The position numbers were made by a program, and so were the translations under genes. DNA of 11,587 nt from Lysobacterales bacterium (lineage in GTDB: Bacteria; Pseudomonadota; Gammaproteobacteria; Xanthomonadales; SZUA-5), in assembly GCA_022844165.1 (NCBI GenBank), contig JALHMH010000033.1:1-11587 (forward strand), given 5' to 3'. This document shows positions 1-8,791 of the stretch, one piece after another; the stretch's first letter is position 1; every line of letters begins with the position of its first letter. The notes below the pieces were generated by a model. The model searched no databases and was not told where the DNA came from. It saw nothing but the letters and a program-made list of their open reading frames with translations.

Positions 1-124
1 GGTTCGCACATGGATCGAGCACGTAAGTGCTTGATCCATGGAGAGCGAGTCCGGACATGTGCCGGACTCGCGACTTGAGAAACGCACAGGAAGTGCGTTT
101 CTCAACAAAGTGCTAGTGCGGATC
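1..124 (+). ncRNA. Candidate structured RNA or palindromic DNA element: three tandem hairpins plus a closing stem (possibly truncated by the window start)
   Basis: Hairpin 1 pairs 9-22 with 27-40 (CATGGATCGAGCAC-GTAA-GTGCTTGATCCATG; 14 bp, one G.U, GNRA loop). Hairpin 2 pairs 45-54 with 62-71 (GCGAGTCCGG/CCGGACTCGC; 10 bp perfect). Hairpin 3 pairs 75-87 with 93-105 (TTGAGAAACGCAC-AGGAA-GTGCGTTTCTCAA; 13 bp perfect). Positions 1-9 (GGTTCGCAC) can pair with 116-124 (GTGCGGATC) using two G.U pairs. The G.U pairs and GUAA loop favour the + strand. The pairings are seen directly; the RNA call is inference. Confidence 0.55.
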
Positions 125-137
125 GCCCAGAAATCTA

Positions 138-142
138 AAGGA
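138..142 (+). promoter_or_regulatory. Shine-Dalgarno site for the carboxylase gene
   Basis: AAGGA lies 5 nt upstream of ATG 148. Confidence 0.7.
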
Positions 143-147
143 TTGCC

Positions 148-2145
148 ATGTTCAGTAAGATCCTCATCGCCAATCGTGGCGAAATCGCTTGCCGGATTGA
201 ACGCACCTGCCGTCGCCTTGGCGTTGCGACCGTCGCGGTGTATTCGGATGCCGATGCTCGGAGCCAACACGTGCTCGGGGCGGACGAGGGCGTGTGGATT
301 GGCAGCTCGGCACCGACCGACTCTTATCTGCAGGGGCAGCGAATCATCGATGCGGCGCTGACAACCGGCGCGCAGGCCATCCATCCTGGTTTCGGCTTTC
401 TGAGCGAAAACGCTGACTTTGCCGATACAGCGGAGAAAGCGGGTCTGAAGTTTATCGGCCCACGTTCGGCGTCGATGCGCAAGATGGGTTCAAAGGCGGG
501 TGCCAAAGAGCTCATGGCGGCTGCTGGCGTACCTGTGGTGCCGGGATACACCGGCTCTGAGCAGACGACCGAGCTACTGCATGCCGAGGCGCTACGCGTT
601 GGCTTTCCGCTGATGATCAAGGCAGCGCATGGTGGCGGTGGCAAGGGCATGCGTGTGGTCCGAACCGCGGATGAGTTTCTGACTGCGCTGGCGTCGTGTC
701 AACGCGAGGCCAAAGGCGCCTTCGGCCGCGATCGTGTGCTCTTAGAACGTTACGTCGAAAGGCCACGGCATATCGAATTTCAGATCTTCGGGGACCGTAC
801 CGGCGATGTGCTGCATTTGAACGAACGCGAATGTTCCGCACAGCGTCGTTACCAAAAGATTTATGAGGAATCGCCGTCGATGTTTCTGACGCCGGAACTG
901 CGTTCCAGAATGGGCGCAGCGGCGGTGCTTGCGGGGCAGGCGATCGACTACGAAAACGCTGGAACGGTGGAGTTCATCGTAGGGCAGGGCGGTGACTTCT
1001 ATTTCATGGAGATCAACACGCGCTTGCAGGTCGAACATCCGGTGACCGAATTGTGCACCGGCCTCGACCTCGTCGAACTGCAGTTGCGCATTGCCAGTGG
1101 CGAGCGCCTTGCCGATTTGCTGCCCGAGCGTCCTGTTCCGACCCGCGGCCACGCGATCGAAGTGCGTTTGTACGCTGAAGATCCGGACCAGGACTTTCTG
1201 CCGGGAAGCGGCAGGCTAGAGGTGCTGCAGTTGCCGCAGGTTGGAAACGGTGTGCGCCTGGATGGTGGTGTTGTCGAAGGCGATCTGGTCACCGTGCACT
1301 ACGATCCGATGATCGCCAAACTTATTGTGCACGATGTCGATCGACCCAAGGCGTTGGCAAAGTTGCGCGGCGCGCTGGCGGAGACGCTGGTTGTGGGGCC
1401 TAAGAGCAACGTAGGTTTTCTTGAGCGTCTGATTCGGCATTCGTCGATTGTCGATGCGAGTATCGATACCAGTTACCTCGATCGCCATCTGGCGCAAGTG
1501 CGCGGCGAAATGGTGCCGCCGTCGGTCGCCGCGATCGCCGCAGCAGCCGCGTGCGTACTCCAGGCGCAGGAACAGGACTCGCCTCGCCGTGCGATGGTCA
1601 GTGGCGATCCGCATTCGCCATGGGCGCTGGCCGACGGCTGGCGCGTCGGGCATGCCGGCAAGCGCCTGTTGCGACTCGAAGTCGATGGCAACGCACTCGA
1701 TATTGCCGCGCACGGCGCCTTTGGCGATTACCATCTGCGCTGGTCTGGCGGCGAATGCCACGCACGTGGCGTACGCGCCCAAGGCAATCGCATTTCGATG
1801 TTGCTGGGTGAGCGCGCGGTGACCCTGCAAGCGGTGGATGCTGCTGGTGCTGTGTTCGTCCATGACGGTGACCACCGTTGGCGTTTCGAATTGCGTAACC
1901 CATTCGCTGCGAACACTCAACGCGGCAGCAGCGAAAACCGCATCAAATCACCGATGCCGGGGCGCATCGTCGCCGTGCGCGTCGCGATTGGCGACGCGGT
2001 GACGGCCGGGCAGGAAGTCATCGTGATGGAAGCGATGAAGATGGAACTCAGCCTCAAAGCGCCACGCGAGGGGGTTGTCGCCGAACTGCGCGCCATCACC
2101 GGCGAGTTCGTCGAAGCGGATGCGACGTTGATTCGGTTGGACTAG
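148..2145 (+). CDS. Acyl-CoA carboxylase alpha subunit (biotin carboxylase plus biotin carboxyl carrier domain), most likely 3-methylcrotonyl-CoA carboxylase alpha (MccA/LiuD type)
   Basis: 665 aa. Motifs: KILIANRGEIA, HPGFGFLSENADF, ATP-grasp GGGGKGM, RECSAQRRYQK, EINTRLQVEHPVTE, YDPMIAKL and biotinylation site EAMKME (Lys codon 2038-2040). The length and the central 'SPWALADGWR' segment resemble the MCC/GCC alpha BT domain. Substrate specificity is inferred. Confidence 0.93.
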   Translation: MFSKILIANRGEIACRIERTCRRLGVATVAVYSDADARSQHVLGADEGVWIGSSAPTDSYLQGQRIIDAALTTGAQAIHPGFGFLSENADFADTAEKAGLKFIGPRSASMRKMGSKAGAKELMAAAGVPVVPGYTGSEQTTELLHAEALRVGFPLMIKAAHGGGGKGMRVVRTADEFLTALASCQREAKGAFGRDRVLLERYVERPRHIEFQIFGDRTGDVLHLNERECSAQRRYQKIYEESPSMFLTPELRSRMGAAAVLAGQAIDYENAGTVEFIVGQGGDFYFMEINTRLQVEHPVTELCTGLDLVELQLRIASGERLADLLPERPVPTRGHAIEVRLYAEDPDQDFLPGSGRLEVLQLPQVGNGVRLDGGVVEGDLVTVHYDPMIAKLIVHDVDRPKALAKLRGALAETLVVGPKSNVGFLERLIRHSSIVDASIDTSYLDRHLAQVRGEMVPPSVAAIAAAAACVLQAQEQDSPRRAMVSGDPHSPWALADGWRVGHAGKRLLRLEVDGNALDIAAHGAFGDYHLRWSGGECHARGVRAQGNRISMLLGERAVTLQAVDAAGAVFVHDGDHRWRFELRNPFAANTQRGSSENRIKSPMPGRIVAVRVAIGDAVTAGQEVIVMEAMKMELSLKAPREGVVAELRAITGEFVEADATLIRLD

Positions 2146-2191
2146 CGAATCCACGAATTCAATTCAAGCTTCGCGATCGGGCAAGAGATGC

Positions 2192-2228
2192 GCCAAGAAG
2201 TACATCGGGCGCCGAAGCGCCCGATGTG
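2192..2228 (-). terminator. Intrinsic terminator-like hairpin between the convergent carboxylase and S8 genes
   Basis: Perfect 11-bp stem pairing 2202-2212 with 2217-2227 (ACATCGGGCGC/GCGCCCGATGT). On the - strand the loop is C(UUCG)G, followed by ACUUCUU, and the stem starts 8 nt after the S8 stop codon. The U-tract is weak. Confidence 0.7.
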
Positions 2229-2235
2229 GCTGCGT

Positions 2236-5200
2236 TCAGTTGCAGCGTTTGAGTTCGATGTTGTCGATGATCCAACCATCGGCCAGATTAGCGCTTGAGT
2301 CCGATGTCAGTCGGAAACGGAATTGTGCTGTTTGGCCTGCATACGGCGACAAATCTACGACATTTCGCGTAAACGGCTGGGTTCCACACCATGCGGGTAC
2401 ACCGGCCAACGGATTCGAGAAGCCCGCATCCACTGGCGCGTTGTAGGGGTCGGTCTGCAATTGCGCGTTAGGGACCTGAACAAAACTCGTGCCACCGTCA
2501 GTAGATACCTCAAGGATCGCCGCATCGAAGCAGTTCGCTCCGGTGGTTCGTATTTCAATAGCGTGGCGTGACTGGAATGTGAGCGACAAGCCGTTACCGA
2601 CGGTTGGCAACGCGACCGTTGGGCTGACATACCGTTGGTCTGACACCGACGTTGGCGCTGTGGCTCGAAGCGACAAGCCTGAGCCTCCGAACGGAGCGAA
2701 ATTGGTCACTGCCCAAGTGTTTGTGCCGGATCCACCTGCTTGCTGGCCCCAGCCAGCGCCCAGTGGCCCGTCGAAGTTCTCGCTCAGCACAATCGTAGGC
2801 GCTGGGCCCGCGGGGCAATCGCCGGGTGCTGATTGAGTGGTGAACGCGAACGTCGCGCTCGGTACGCCCGTCGGTACCGGATCCTCGAATCCATCCTGGA
2901 ACATCTCGACCGCCGAACAAGCATTGCGACTAATCACGCGCCAGAAATACTGTGTGCTGGTATTCAGCGCACTGGGTATGGTCCAGTTCGTTTCGCGTGT
3001 TGTGGTCGTGTGCAAGATGTTCGCGAACGCAGCATCGCTTGCGACCTGAACCACGTAGTCGAAGGCCTCGGGCGATGCTGCCCATGTGAGTGCTACCCCA
3101 GTCGGCACTACCCCGGTGGCGTTATTGGACGGTGCGCTGAGTGCGGATGGCGCTGGCGCCGTATTCGCAACGAACAGAGGGAAACTTGCAGTTCGAATGA
3201 GACTACCCGATGTACCTGTTACGGTGAGCGAATGGTTGCCCGTAGCGACTCCCGTAGTGTTTGCCGTCATGGTGCTGGTGCCTGGGGGAGTAACTGAGGC
3301 CGGTACAAATGCCACGCTGCCAGGACTGGGTAACCCTGTCGACGCCAACGCGACCGGGCTGACAAAACCCAAAATTTGCCCGACGCTAATTTCGCGAGTG
3401 ATCGGTGTTCCAGCACAAATCGACTCGCCGGTCGTGGGCATGCTCACCGAGAATCCAGGTTCCGCCACGCAGTTGCTGCATACCAAGGCAAAGTCCTGAT
3501 CGGTGGCATCACCGAAGTTTGGAACGCCATCTCCGGGCAGGGCAGTTGCCTTGACCCGAAGAGTCACAGAACCAACGCCCGCGGGCAAGTAAACGTTCTC
3601 CACGGGATTGCGGTTGTCGGCGGAACCTCCGGTCGTCGAAACGCCCGATGCAAAGACATTGCCCAGGTAGGTCTGTCCGCCTGCGATCACTTCAAGATCG
3701 AGATTATTGACGAGCGCCGGATTGGCGCCGGCCGCGCCCGGTGCATCGCTCCACGCCAGTGTGACACGAACCGGTTTCGTTGAATCTGGTACGCCATAAA
3801 TTCGTTCGAACACCGCATTGGGTTCGGTCAAAACCTCGCTCTGATCGAACGTCTGCCGTTGAACTCCCTGACCGATCGCGTTGGGCAGGTGAATCCGACC
3901 CCAACCTTCGATGCTATTTGGAAAACCAGCGACGCCACTCATGTCAATCGCGCCGTTCACAAGAAGTGCTTTGATCATGGCCGGGCTTGGCGTTGCCCCA
4001 GCATTGTTGCCGCGCCACCACTGGGTCAACAATGCTGCCGCACCCGCCACGTGCGGCGCCGCCATACTGGTGCCGGAACAGAATGAAAAGTTGTTCAGCG
4101 GCGACGCGCCAATCGCTGTTCCGCACTGTGAAGCGCCGGCAACGCGACGCGTCGAAGCGATTTGCTCGCCGGGCGCGGCGACGGTCGGCAGTGTTCGGCC
4201 ATCGACGGCTGGGCCACGGCTGCTGAACCCCGCCATGGCGTCGATCGAACCGACGCGCTGATTGCGAGATGCAGCGACGATGATAGGGCTCTTGGCTTCT
4301 TTGGGCGAAGTCAGCGTGTTGGCGTTTGGTCCAGAGTTGCCCGCCGAAAAAACAATCATGAATGGGTCGTTGACCGTTGGCGTGTCGAAGTTGCCATCAC
4401 GCACCATGAAGTCATGCGTGCGCGCTGTTGCGTTGTATCCGATGTTCGTGCCTTCGGCGGACGTCCAGGAATTGTTGGTTCCCACCGCTTGGCGCAGAAT
4501 CGCCTGCCGGCTGTTCTCCTGCCAGCCGCCGGCCGGTGGCCATGGCACAGCACCTACGCAAATAGGATTGAGCGCCACCAGTTGCACTTGCGGCGCTACG
4601 CCGATGCCATAGTGAAAACCGTTTGCGTCAGTGCCTCCGGCAATCGTACCCGCACCGCCCACAATGCCAGCGACGTGCGTTCCGTGGCCGCCTGCCGAGT
4701 TGTCGTTGCCCGGTTGGCTCGCAGTGACTGGGCAGCTGGGAAAGTCATGTCCAGCAACGATTCGCGAGCCTAGTTCAGGATTGGCATAGTCGATGCCGCT
4801 GTCGGTGATCGCCCAACGTACGCCAGCTCCTGTTAACCCTAATCCCGCAACGGAAGCGATATAGCCGGTGGTCGTGACCAGGTTTGAAGCGTTGTAGTTG
4901 CCGGCGACGATTTGACTGGACAGCTCGTCATCGAAAATCGGCTTGTCGCCAACATACTCCGCCCACAACACCTGGGCGATATTCGCCATGTTCACCAGTT
5001 GCCCTGCGTCCAGGGCAACGATTAAGGTTTTCAACTGACCGTCGGGCTGCGCATTGAAGCTGTTCAGTACGGTGCCACCGAGTCCGGCGATCTGAGCGGC
5101 AACATTAGACACGTTGCCATCGTCATAAACCAGGATCTGAACGTTCTTGACAGGCCCTAACCGACCTTTCAGATCGGGGGCCAACTTCCAATCGGGGCTG

Positions 5201-5553
5201 ACCAGGCCTTGCCAGCGAACAAAAGCGTTGTTTTCTGCCATCGTTCCGGCCGCATCGTCGCCCCACACCAGATAGGCGTTGTGCGGGTAGTACTGGATCA
5301 CGTTCAGTCCGGCACCGATCAACGCGCCACGCATGTCTTCTGTCGGCGATGCGTGGAATTGCACGAATCGGAGCCCCTTGCCCGACGCGGCGCTACGACC
5401 ACTACGGTAGTCTTCTGCTTGAGACACAGGGTCGAAGCGATGCGCTCCGAACGACAGTTGCGTCGTATCGTCGACCTGAGAAGCCAACACAACGCTGGGC
5501 ACTAGCAAGGCCCAACCAATACACACTGCCAACGGACGTCGCAACTTTCCCAT
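2236..5553 (-). CDS. Secreted S8 family serine peptidase (Kp43-like subtilase) with C-terminal beta-sandwich, FN3-like and jelly-roll (MAM/choice-of-anchor-J-like) domains
   Basis: 1105 aa. Sec signal (MGKLRRPLAVCIGWALLVPSVVLA) and long propeptide. Catalytic Asp (AITDSGID), His (GGHGTHVAG), oxyanion Asn (SAGNSG) and Ser (SGTSMAAPHVAG). Kp43-type motifs PAMIKALLVNGA, GWGRI, VTLAWSD, NNLDLEV and NPVENV. FN3-like YFWRV. Terminal domain with LEVSTDGG and DLSPYAG..FRFRL..GWIIDNI. Confidence 0.92.
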   Translation of the reverse strand: MGKLRRPLAVCIGWALLVPSVVLASQVDDTTQLSFGAHRFDPVSQAEDYRSGRSAASGKGLRFVQFHASPTEDMRGALIGAGLNVIQYYPHNAYLVWGDDAAGTMAENNAFVRWQGLVSPDWKLAPDLKGRLGPVKNVQILVYDDGNVSNVAAQIAGLGGTVLNSFNAQPDGQLKTLIVALDAGQLVNMANIAQVLWAEYVGDKPIFDDELSSQIVAGNYNASNLVTTTGYIASVAGLGLTGAGVRWAITDSGIDYANPELGSRIVAGHDFPSCPVTASQPGNDNSAGGHGTHVAGIVGGAGTIAGGTDANGFHYGIGVAPQVQLVALNPICVGAVPWPPAGGWQENSRQAILRQAVGTNNSWTSAEGTNIGYNATARTHDFMVRDGNFDTPTVNDPFMIVFSAGNSGPNANTLTSPKEAKSPIIVAASRNQRVGSIDAMAGFSSRGPAVDGRTLPTVAAPGEQIASTRRVAGASQCGTAIGASPLNNFSFCSGTSMAAPHVAGAAALLTQWWRGNNAGATPSPAMIKALLVNGAIDMSGVAGFPNSIEGWGRIHLPNAIGQGVQRQTFDQSEVLTEPNAVFERIYGVPDSTKPVRVTLAWSDAPGAAGANPALVNNLDLEVIAGGQTYLGNVFASGVSTTGGSADNRNPVENVYLPAGVGSVTLRVKATALPGDGVPNFGDATDQDFALVCSNCVAEPGFSVSMPTTGESICAGTPITREISVGQILGFVSPVALASTGLPSPGSVAFVPASVTPPGTSTMTANTTGVATGNHSLTVTGTSGSLIRTASFPLFVANTAPAPSALSAPSNNATGVVPTGVALTWAASPEAFDYVVQVASDAAFANILHTTTTRETNWTIPSALNTSTQYFWRVISRNACSAVEMFQDGFEDPVPTGVPSATFAFTTQSAPGDCPAGPAPTIVLSENFDGPLGAGWGQQAGGSGTNTWAVTNFAPFGGSGLSLRATAPTSVSDQRYVSPTVALPTVGNGLSLTFQSRHAIEIRTTGANCFDAAILEVSTDGGTSFVQVPNAQLQTDPYNAPVDAGFSNPLAGVPAWCGTQPFTRNVVDLSPYAGQTAQFRFRLTSDSSANLADGWIIDNIELKRCN

Positions 5554-5689
5554 GTTCGTCTGCCTAGAAATTGAGCGCGAGTGGATACTAGGACGCTGAA
5601 CCGCGAATGACCATACACACGAGCTTAAGATTCTTGCTATTTGTTCTTCACCATCGCGAAATAATGACTGCTAAACGTTGCGTCGCCGC

Positions 5690-6907
5690 TTATTCGTAGC
5701 GCAGCGCCTCGATCGGATCGAGACCCGCGGCTTTAGACGCCGGCATGATGCCGAAGACCACGCCAACGAGCGCCGAGAATCCGGCGGCGCCCAGAATGAC
5801 CCAGACAGGCACCGCGGCAGGTGGGAATCCGGGAATCAAAGATGCGATCAGTGCGCCGGTGCCCCAGCCGATCGCGATACCGATCAAACCGCCCAATAAA
5901 GCGAGCAGAGCGGCTTCCAACAAAAACTGCACGAGGATGTCGCGCCGAGTGGCACCGAGCGCTTTGAGCACGCCAATCTCGCGGGTGCGTTCAGTGACTG
6001 ATACCAACATGATATTCATGATGCCGATGCCCCCGACCAGCAGGGAAATCCCGACCACGCCGCCAACGACCGCTGTTGTGGTGCGAGTGATTTCGTCGAA
6101 CTGTTTCACCACGCTGTCGGCGGCTTGGATCTTGAAGGTATCGTCGTCTGCAGTGCCAGGGCGCGATGCTTTGACTGCCCGTACGGCGCGATCGCGAATC
6201 GTATCGACTTGATCGACATCATCGATGGTGAAACTCACTTGCATAAATGGCCGCAAGCGATTGCCGTTGAGTGCTCGACCAACATCGAACGGGATGACGA
6301 CATAGTTGTCGAGCGAGAATCCGAACAGATCGCCCTGTTTCTCCATGACGCCGATGACGCGGAACCACTCGCTACCGATGCGAATGTACTCGCCGAGCGG
6401 ATCCTTCGGCAGATTGAGGTCGTCGACAAGTTTGCTGCCGAGCACTGCAACACGCCGCCGGCCCTGGTCGTCAGCGCTGGCAATGAATCGCCCTTTGATC
6501 GGGAAACGCCCATAAACCGCTGCATAGTCTGCGGTGCTGGCGCGCACTTCGGTACTCACCGTGCGATCGCGATAACTGATGCCCGGTGTATTGACCAGCA
6601 TGATCGGCGCGACCGCGCCGACGCCGGGCACTCGATAGCGCAGGGTTTCCAGATCGTCAAAGCCGATGGTATTGATTTTGCCAGAGCGAAAATTCTCGTT
6701 GGTGTTCACCGCCTCCAAGGTCAGCGTGCTGCCGCCCAACTCCGATAATTGCTGTTTGATCGACTCGGAAAATCCCTGAACCAGCGAGACGACGGCGATC
6801 ACCGACGCCGTACCGATGACGATTCCGAGCGTCGTCAACACACTGCGCAGCCGGTTGGCAAGTAAGCTGACCAGCGCGGCGCGGAAGGCCTCTAGAAATG
6901 CCTGCAT
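5690..6907 (-). CDS. ABC transporter permease, MacB/FtsX family (YknZ-like)
   Basis: 405 aa. N-terminal RSVLTTLGIVIG TM, large extracytoplasmic domain, GGIGIMNIMLVSVTERTREIG..KALGA and C-terminal LDPIEALRYE. The ATG overlaps the ATPase stop (TGATG at 6905-6909). Confidence 0.95.
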   Translation of the reverse strand: MQAFLEAFRAALVSLLANRLRSVLTTLGIVIGTASVIAVVSLVQGFSESIKQQLSELGGSTLTLEAVNTNENFRSGKINTIGFDDLETLRYRVPGVGAVAPIMLVNTPGISYRDRTVSTEVRASTADYAAVYGRFPIKGRFIASADDQGRRRVAVLGSKLVDDLNLPKDPLGEYIRIGSEWFRVIGVMEKQGDLFGFSLDNYVVIPFDVGRALNGNRLRPFMQVSFTIDDVDQVDTIRDRAVRAVKASRPGTADDDTFKIQAADSVVKQFDEITRTTTAVVGGVVGISLLVGGIGIMNIMLVSVTERTREIGVLKALGATRRDILVQFLLEAALLALLGGLIGIAIGWGTGALIASLIPGFPPAAVPVWVILGAAGFSALVGVVFGIMPASKAAGLDPIEALRYE

Positions 6908-7593
6908 CAGCCGCGCTCCGGGTTGACGCGATCTTCGACGATGTGGCCATCGCTTAATCGAACGGTTCTTTTGCAGTGTGCTGCGATGTCGGCTTCGTGC
7001 GTGACAACGATGACGGTTTGCCCTTGGCGGTGCAAAGCATCGAACAGCGCCATGATTTCGCTCGATGTGCGCGTGTCCAGGTTGCCGGTAGGTTCGTCGG
7101 CCAACAGGATCGAAGGCTCCCCAACCAAGGCTCGCGCCACCGCGACACGCTGACGTTGACCGCCGGACAGCTGATTCGGACGATGATCGAGCCGATTTCC
7201 CAGTCCCACGCGATCGAGCGATTCGCGCGCGCGCCGCAGTCGTTCGGCTCGCGATACGCCGCGATAAACCAGAGGTTGCGCAACGTTATCGAGCACGTTC
7301 ATCCGCGGAAGGAGGTGAAAACTCTGGAACACAAAACCGATCTCGCGATTGCGCACGCGCGCCAATTCAGTGTCGTCCAAGGTCGCGGTATCGCGACCGT
7401 TGAGCAGATAACTGCCGCTGGTGGGTGTGTCCAGACAGCCCAGCAGGTTCATCAAAGTCGACTTGCCGGAACCCGATGCGCCGATGAGCGCCACATATTC
7501 GTTGCGTCCGATATCGATATCGACCCCATCGAGCGCCCGGACTTCCTGGTCACCCATCAGGTATCGCTTGCTGATCGCCCGCATGACGATCAC
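6907..7593 (-). CDS. ABC transporter ATP-binding protein, MacB/LolD family (YknY-like)
   Basis: 228 aa. Walker [11 protein letters not shown]-loop FVFQSFHL, signature LSGGQRQR, Walker B/D-loop [13 protein letters not shown]-loop VTHE. The GTG start overlaps the MFP stop (GTGA at 7590-7593). Confidence 0.96.
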   Translation of the reverse strand: MIVMRAISKRYLMGDQEVRALDGVDIDIGRNEYVALIGASGSGKSTLMNLLGCLDTPTSGSYLLNGRDTATLDDTELARVRNREIGFVFQSFHLLPRMNVLDNVAQPLVYRGVSRAERLRRARESLDRVGLGNRLDHRPNQLSGGQRQRVAVARALVGEPSILLADEPTGNLDTRTSSEIMALFDALHRQGQTVIVVTHEADIAAHCKRTVRLSDGHIVEDRVNPERG

Positions 7594-8780
7594 GGCGTTT
7601 CCTCTGCGTCCTTGTCATCATCGGTGGTCTCAGATTTTTTCTGCACCACGCTTTGGCCAGCACTGAGTTGCCGTAAAGCGCGCATCGGCCCGGCGACAAC
7701 CTGATCGCCTTCTACCAAACCGCTGGTCACCGCCTGCCAGCGATCGTCCGCTTCGCCGACGGAAATCTCTGCTTTTTCTGCTCGGCCGTCGACCACTTTC
7801 CAGATGTGATACTGGGTCTTGCGCGGCTCAGGTTCGCTGGTGACGACGGATTCCACGGGAACCGCAAGAACTTGGCTGCCATCGCCCAAGAACACATCGG
7901 CTCTGGCGCTCATACCCGAGCGCAATTGCATGTCGGCAGGCGATTGCAGCGATGCGATCACTTCAAACGCGCGGCCTTGTTGCTCGATCAATGGCACCAG
8001 GGCAACACGTTCGACGCGTCCCTTGATCGCCTTGGTGGCATGCGAGGCAGGGTAGACGTCCACCAGCTGCCCGACCGCGATACGGGCAATGTCGCCCTCG
8101 TCGACCTTGAGCCGGGCTTCGATTGCCGCCGTATCAGCAAGTGTCATCAGCTGCGCGCCGGCCAGGGCATTCGTCGAGGGAATGGCGGTTTCGCCCACCT
8201 TGATCGGCAAACTGACGATCGTTCCCGCCATCGGCGCGGTGATTTCCGTTTTGTCGAGCAGTTCCCGGGCGTCGCGCAACACCGCATCGGCGCGTTTCAG
8301 TGCCTCTTCGCTGCTTCGCAACTCGATGCGCGCGAGTTTTAGCTGATTGCGCTCCTCGTCGAAGCGGGCGAGATCGACGGTGCGCAGATTCGCCAACTTT
8401 TGATATCGATCGAATTGCTGTTGGCGCAGCTCCAAAGCCACGCGTTGGCGTTCGATTGCCATCTCTTGCTGGCGGCGTGAGGCTTCTTCGCGTTCGATCG
8501 CATTGCGATAGGATTTGGGATCAAGGCGCAACAGCACCTGGCCACGCTCGACCCGATCTCCTTCGGCAACCAGAATCTCGGTCACTTGCGCCAACACTTC
8601 GCTGGTCAGCTTGACTTCGGTGCGATAGGCCAATGTGCCGGACGCCAGAATGCTCGGACGGATGTCTTGCGCTGCGACAGTATGGATATCGACTTCCAGC
8701 GCCTTGCTATCGCGTTTAGCAATGAAGGGCAGGGCGAGGATCGCCAAAACGGCAGCTGCAATCAGGAGTTTTCGCTTCAT
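7590..8780 (-). CDS. Periplasmic adaptor / membrane fusion protein, MacA/HlyD family (YknX-like)
   Basis: N-terminal anchor [19 protein letters not shown], lipoyl-like halves ([17 protein letters not shown] and ITAPMAGTI) flanking a long coiled coil, VDEGDI beta-barrel, LRSGMSA and GLVEGDQVV. Start placed at ATG 8780, 11 nt after the YIP1 stop, rather than the track's 8816, which would overlap the upstream gene. Confidence 0.92.
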   Translation of the reverse strand: MKRKLLIAAAVLAILALPFIAKRDSKALEVDIHTVAAQDIRPSILASGTLAYRTEVKLTSEVLAQVTEILVAEGDRVERGQVLLRLDPKSYRNAIEREEASRRQQEMAIERQRVALELRQQQFDRYQKLANLRTVDLARFDEERNQLKLARIELRSSEEALKRADAVLRDARELLDKTEITAPMAGTIVSLPIKVGETAIPSTNALAGAQLMTLADTAAIEARLKVDEGDIARIAVGQLVDVYPASHATKAIKGRVERVALVPLIEQQGRAFEVIASLQSPADMQLRSGMSARADVFLGDGSQVLAVPVESVVTSEPEPRKTQYHIWKVVDGRAEKAEISVGEADDRWQAVTSGLVEGDQVVAGPMRALRQLSAGQSVVQKKSETTDDDKDAEETP

Positions 8781-8791
8781 TTTTGATGGCT

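Noticed and set aside
1-124. tRNA or simple rho-independent terminators
   Set aside because: The stems (10-14 bp) are too long for tRNA arms, there is no T-loop GTTCRA in position and no CCA end, and no hairpin has a convincing U-tract.
38-361. 107-aa + strand ORF from the track
   Set aside because: It overlaps the carboxylase out of frame, has no SD or recognisable motif, and starts inside the hairpin element.
382-858. Non-canonical biotin carboxylase residues (HPGFG instead of HPGYG; QRRYQK instead of QRRHQK)
   Set aside because: These are point variants with all other catalytic motifs and the biotin Lys intact. I see no sign of inactivation.
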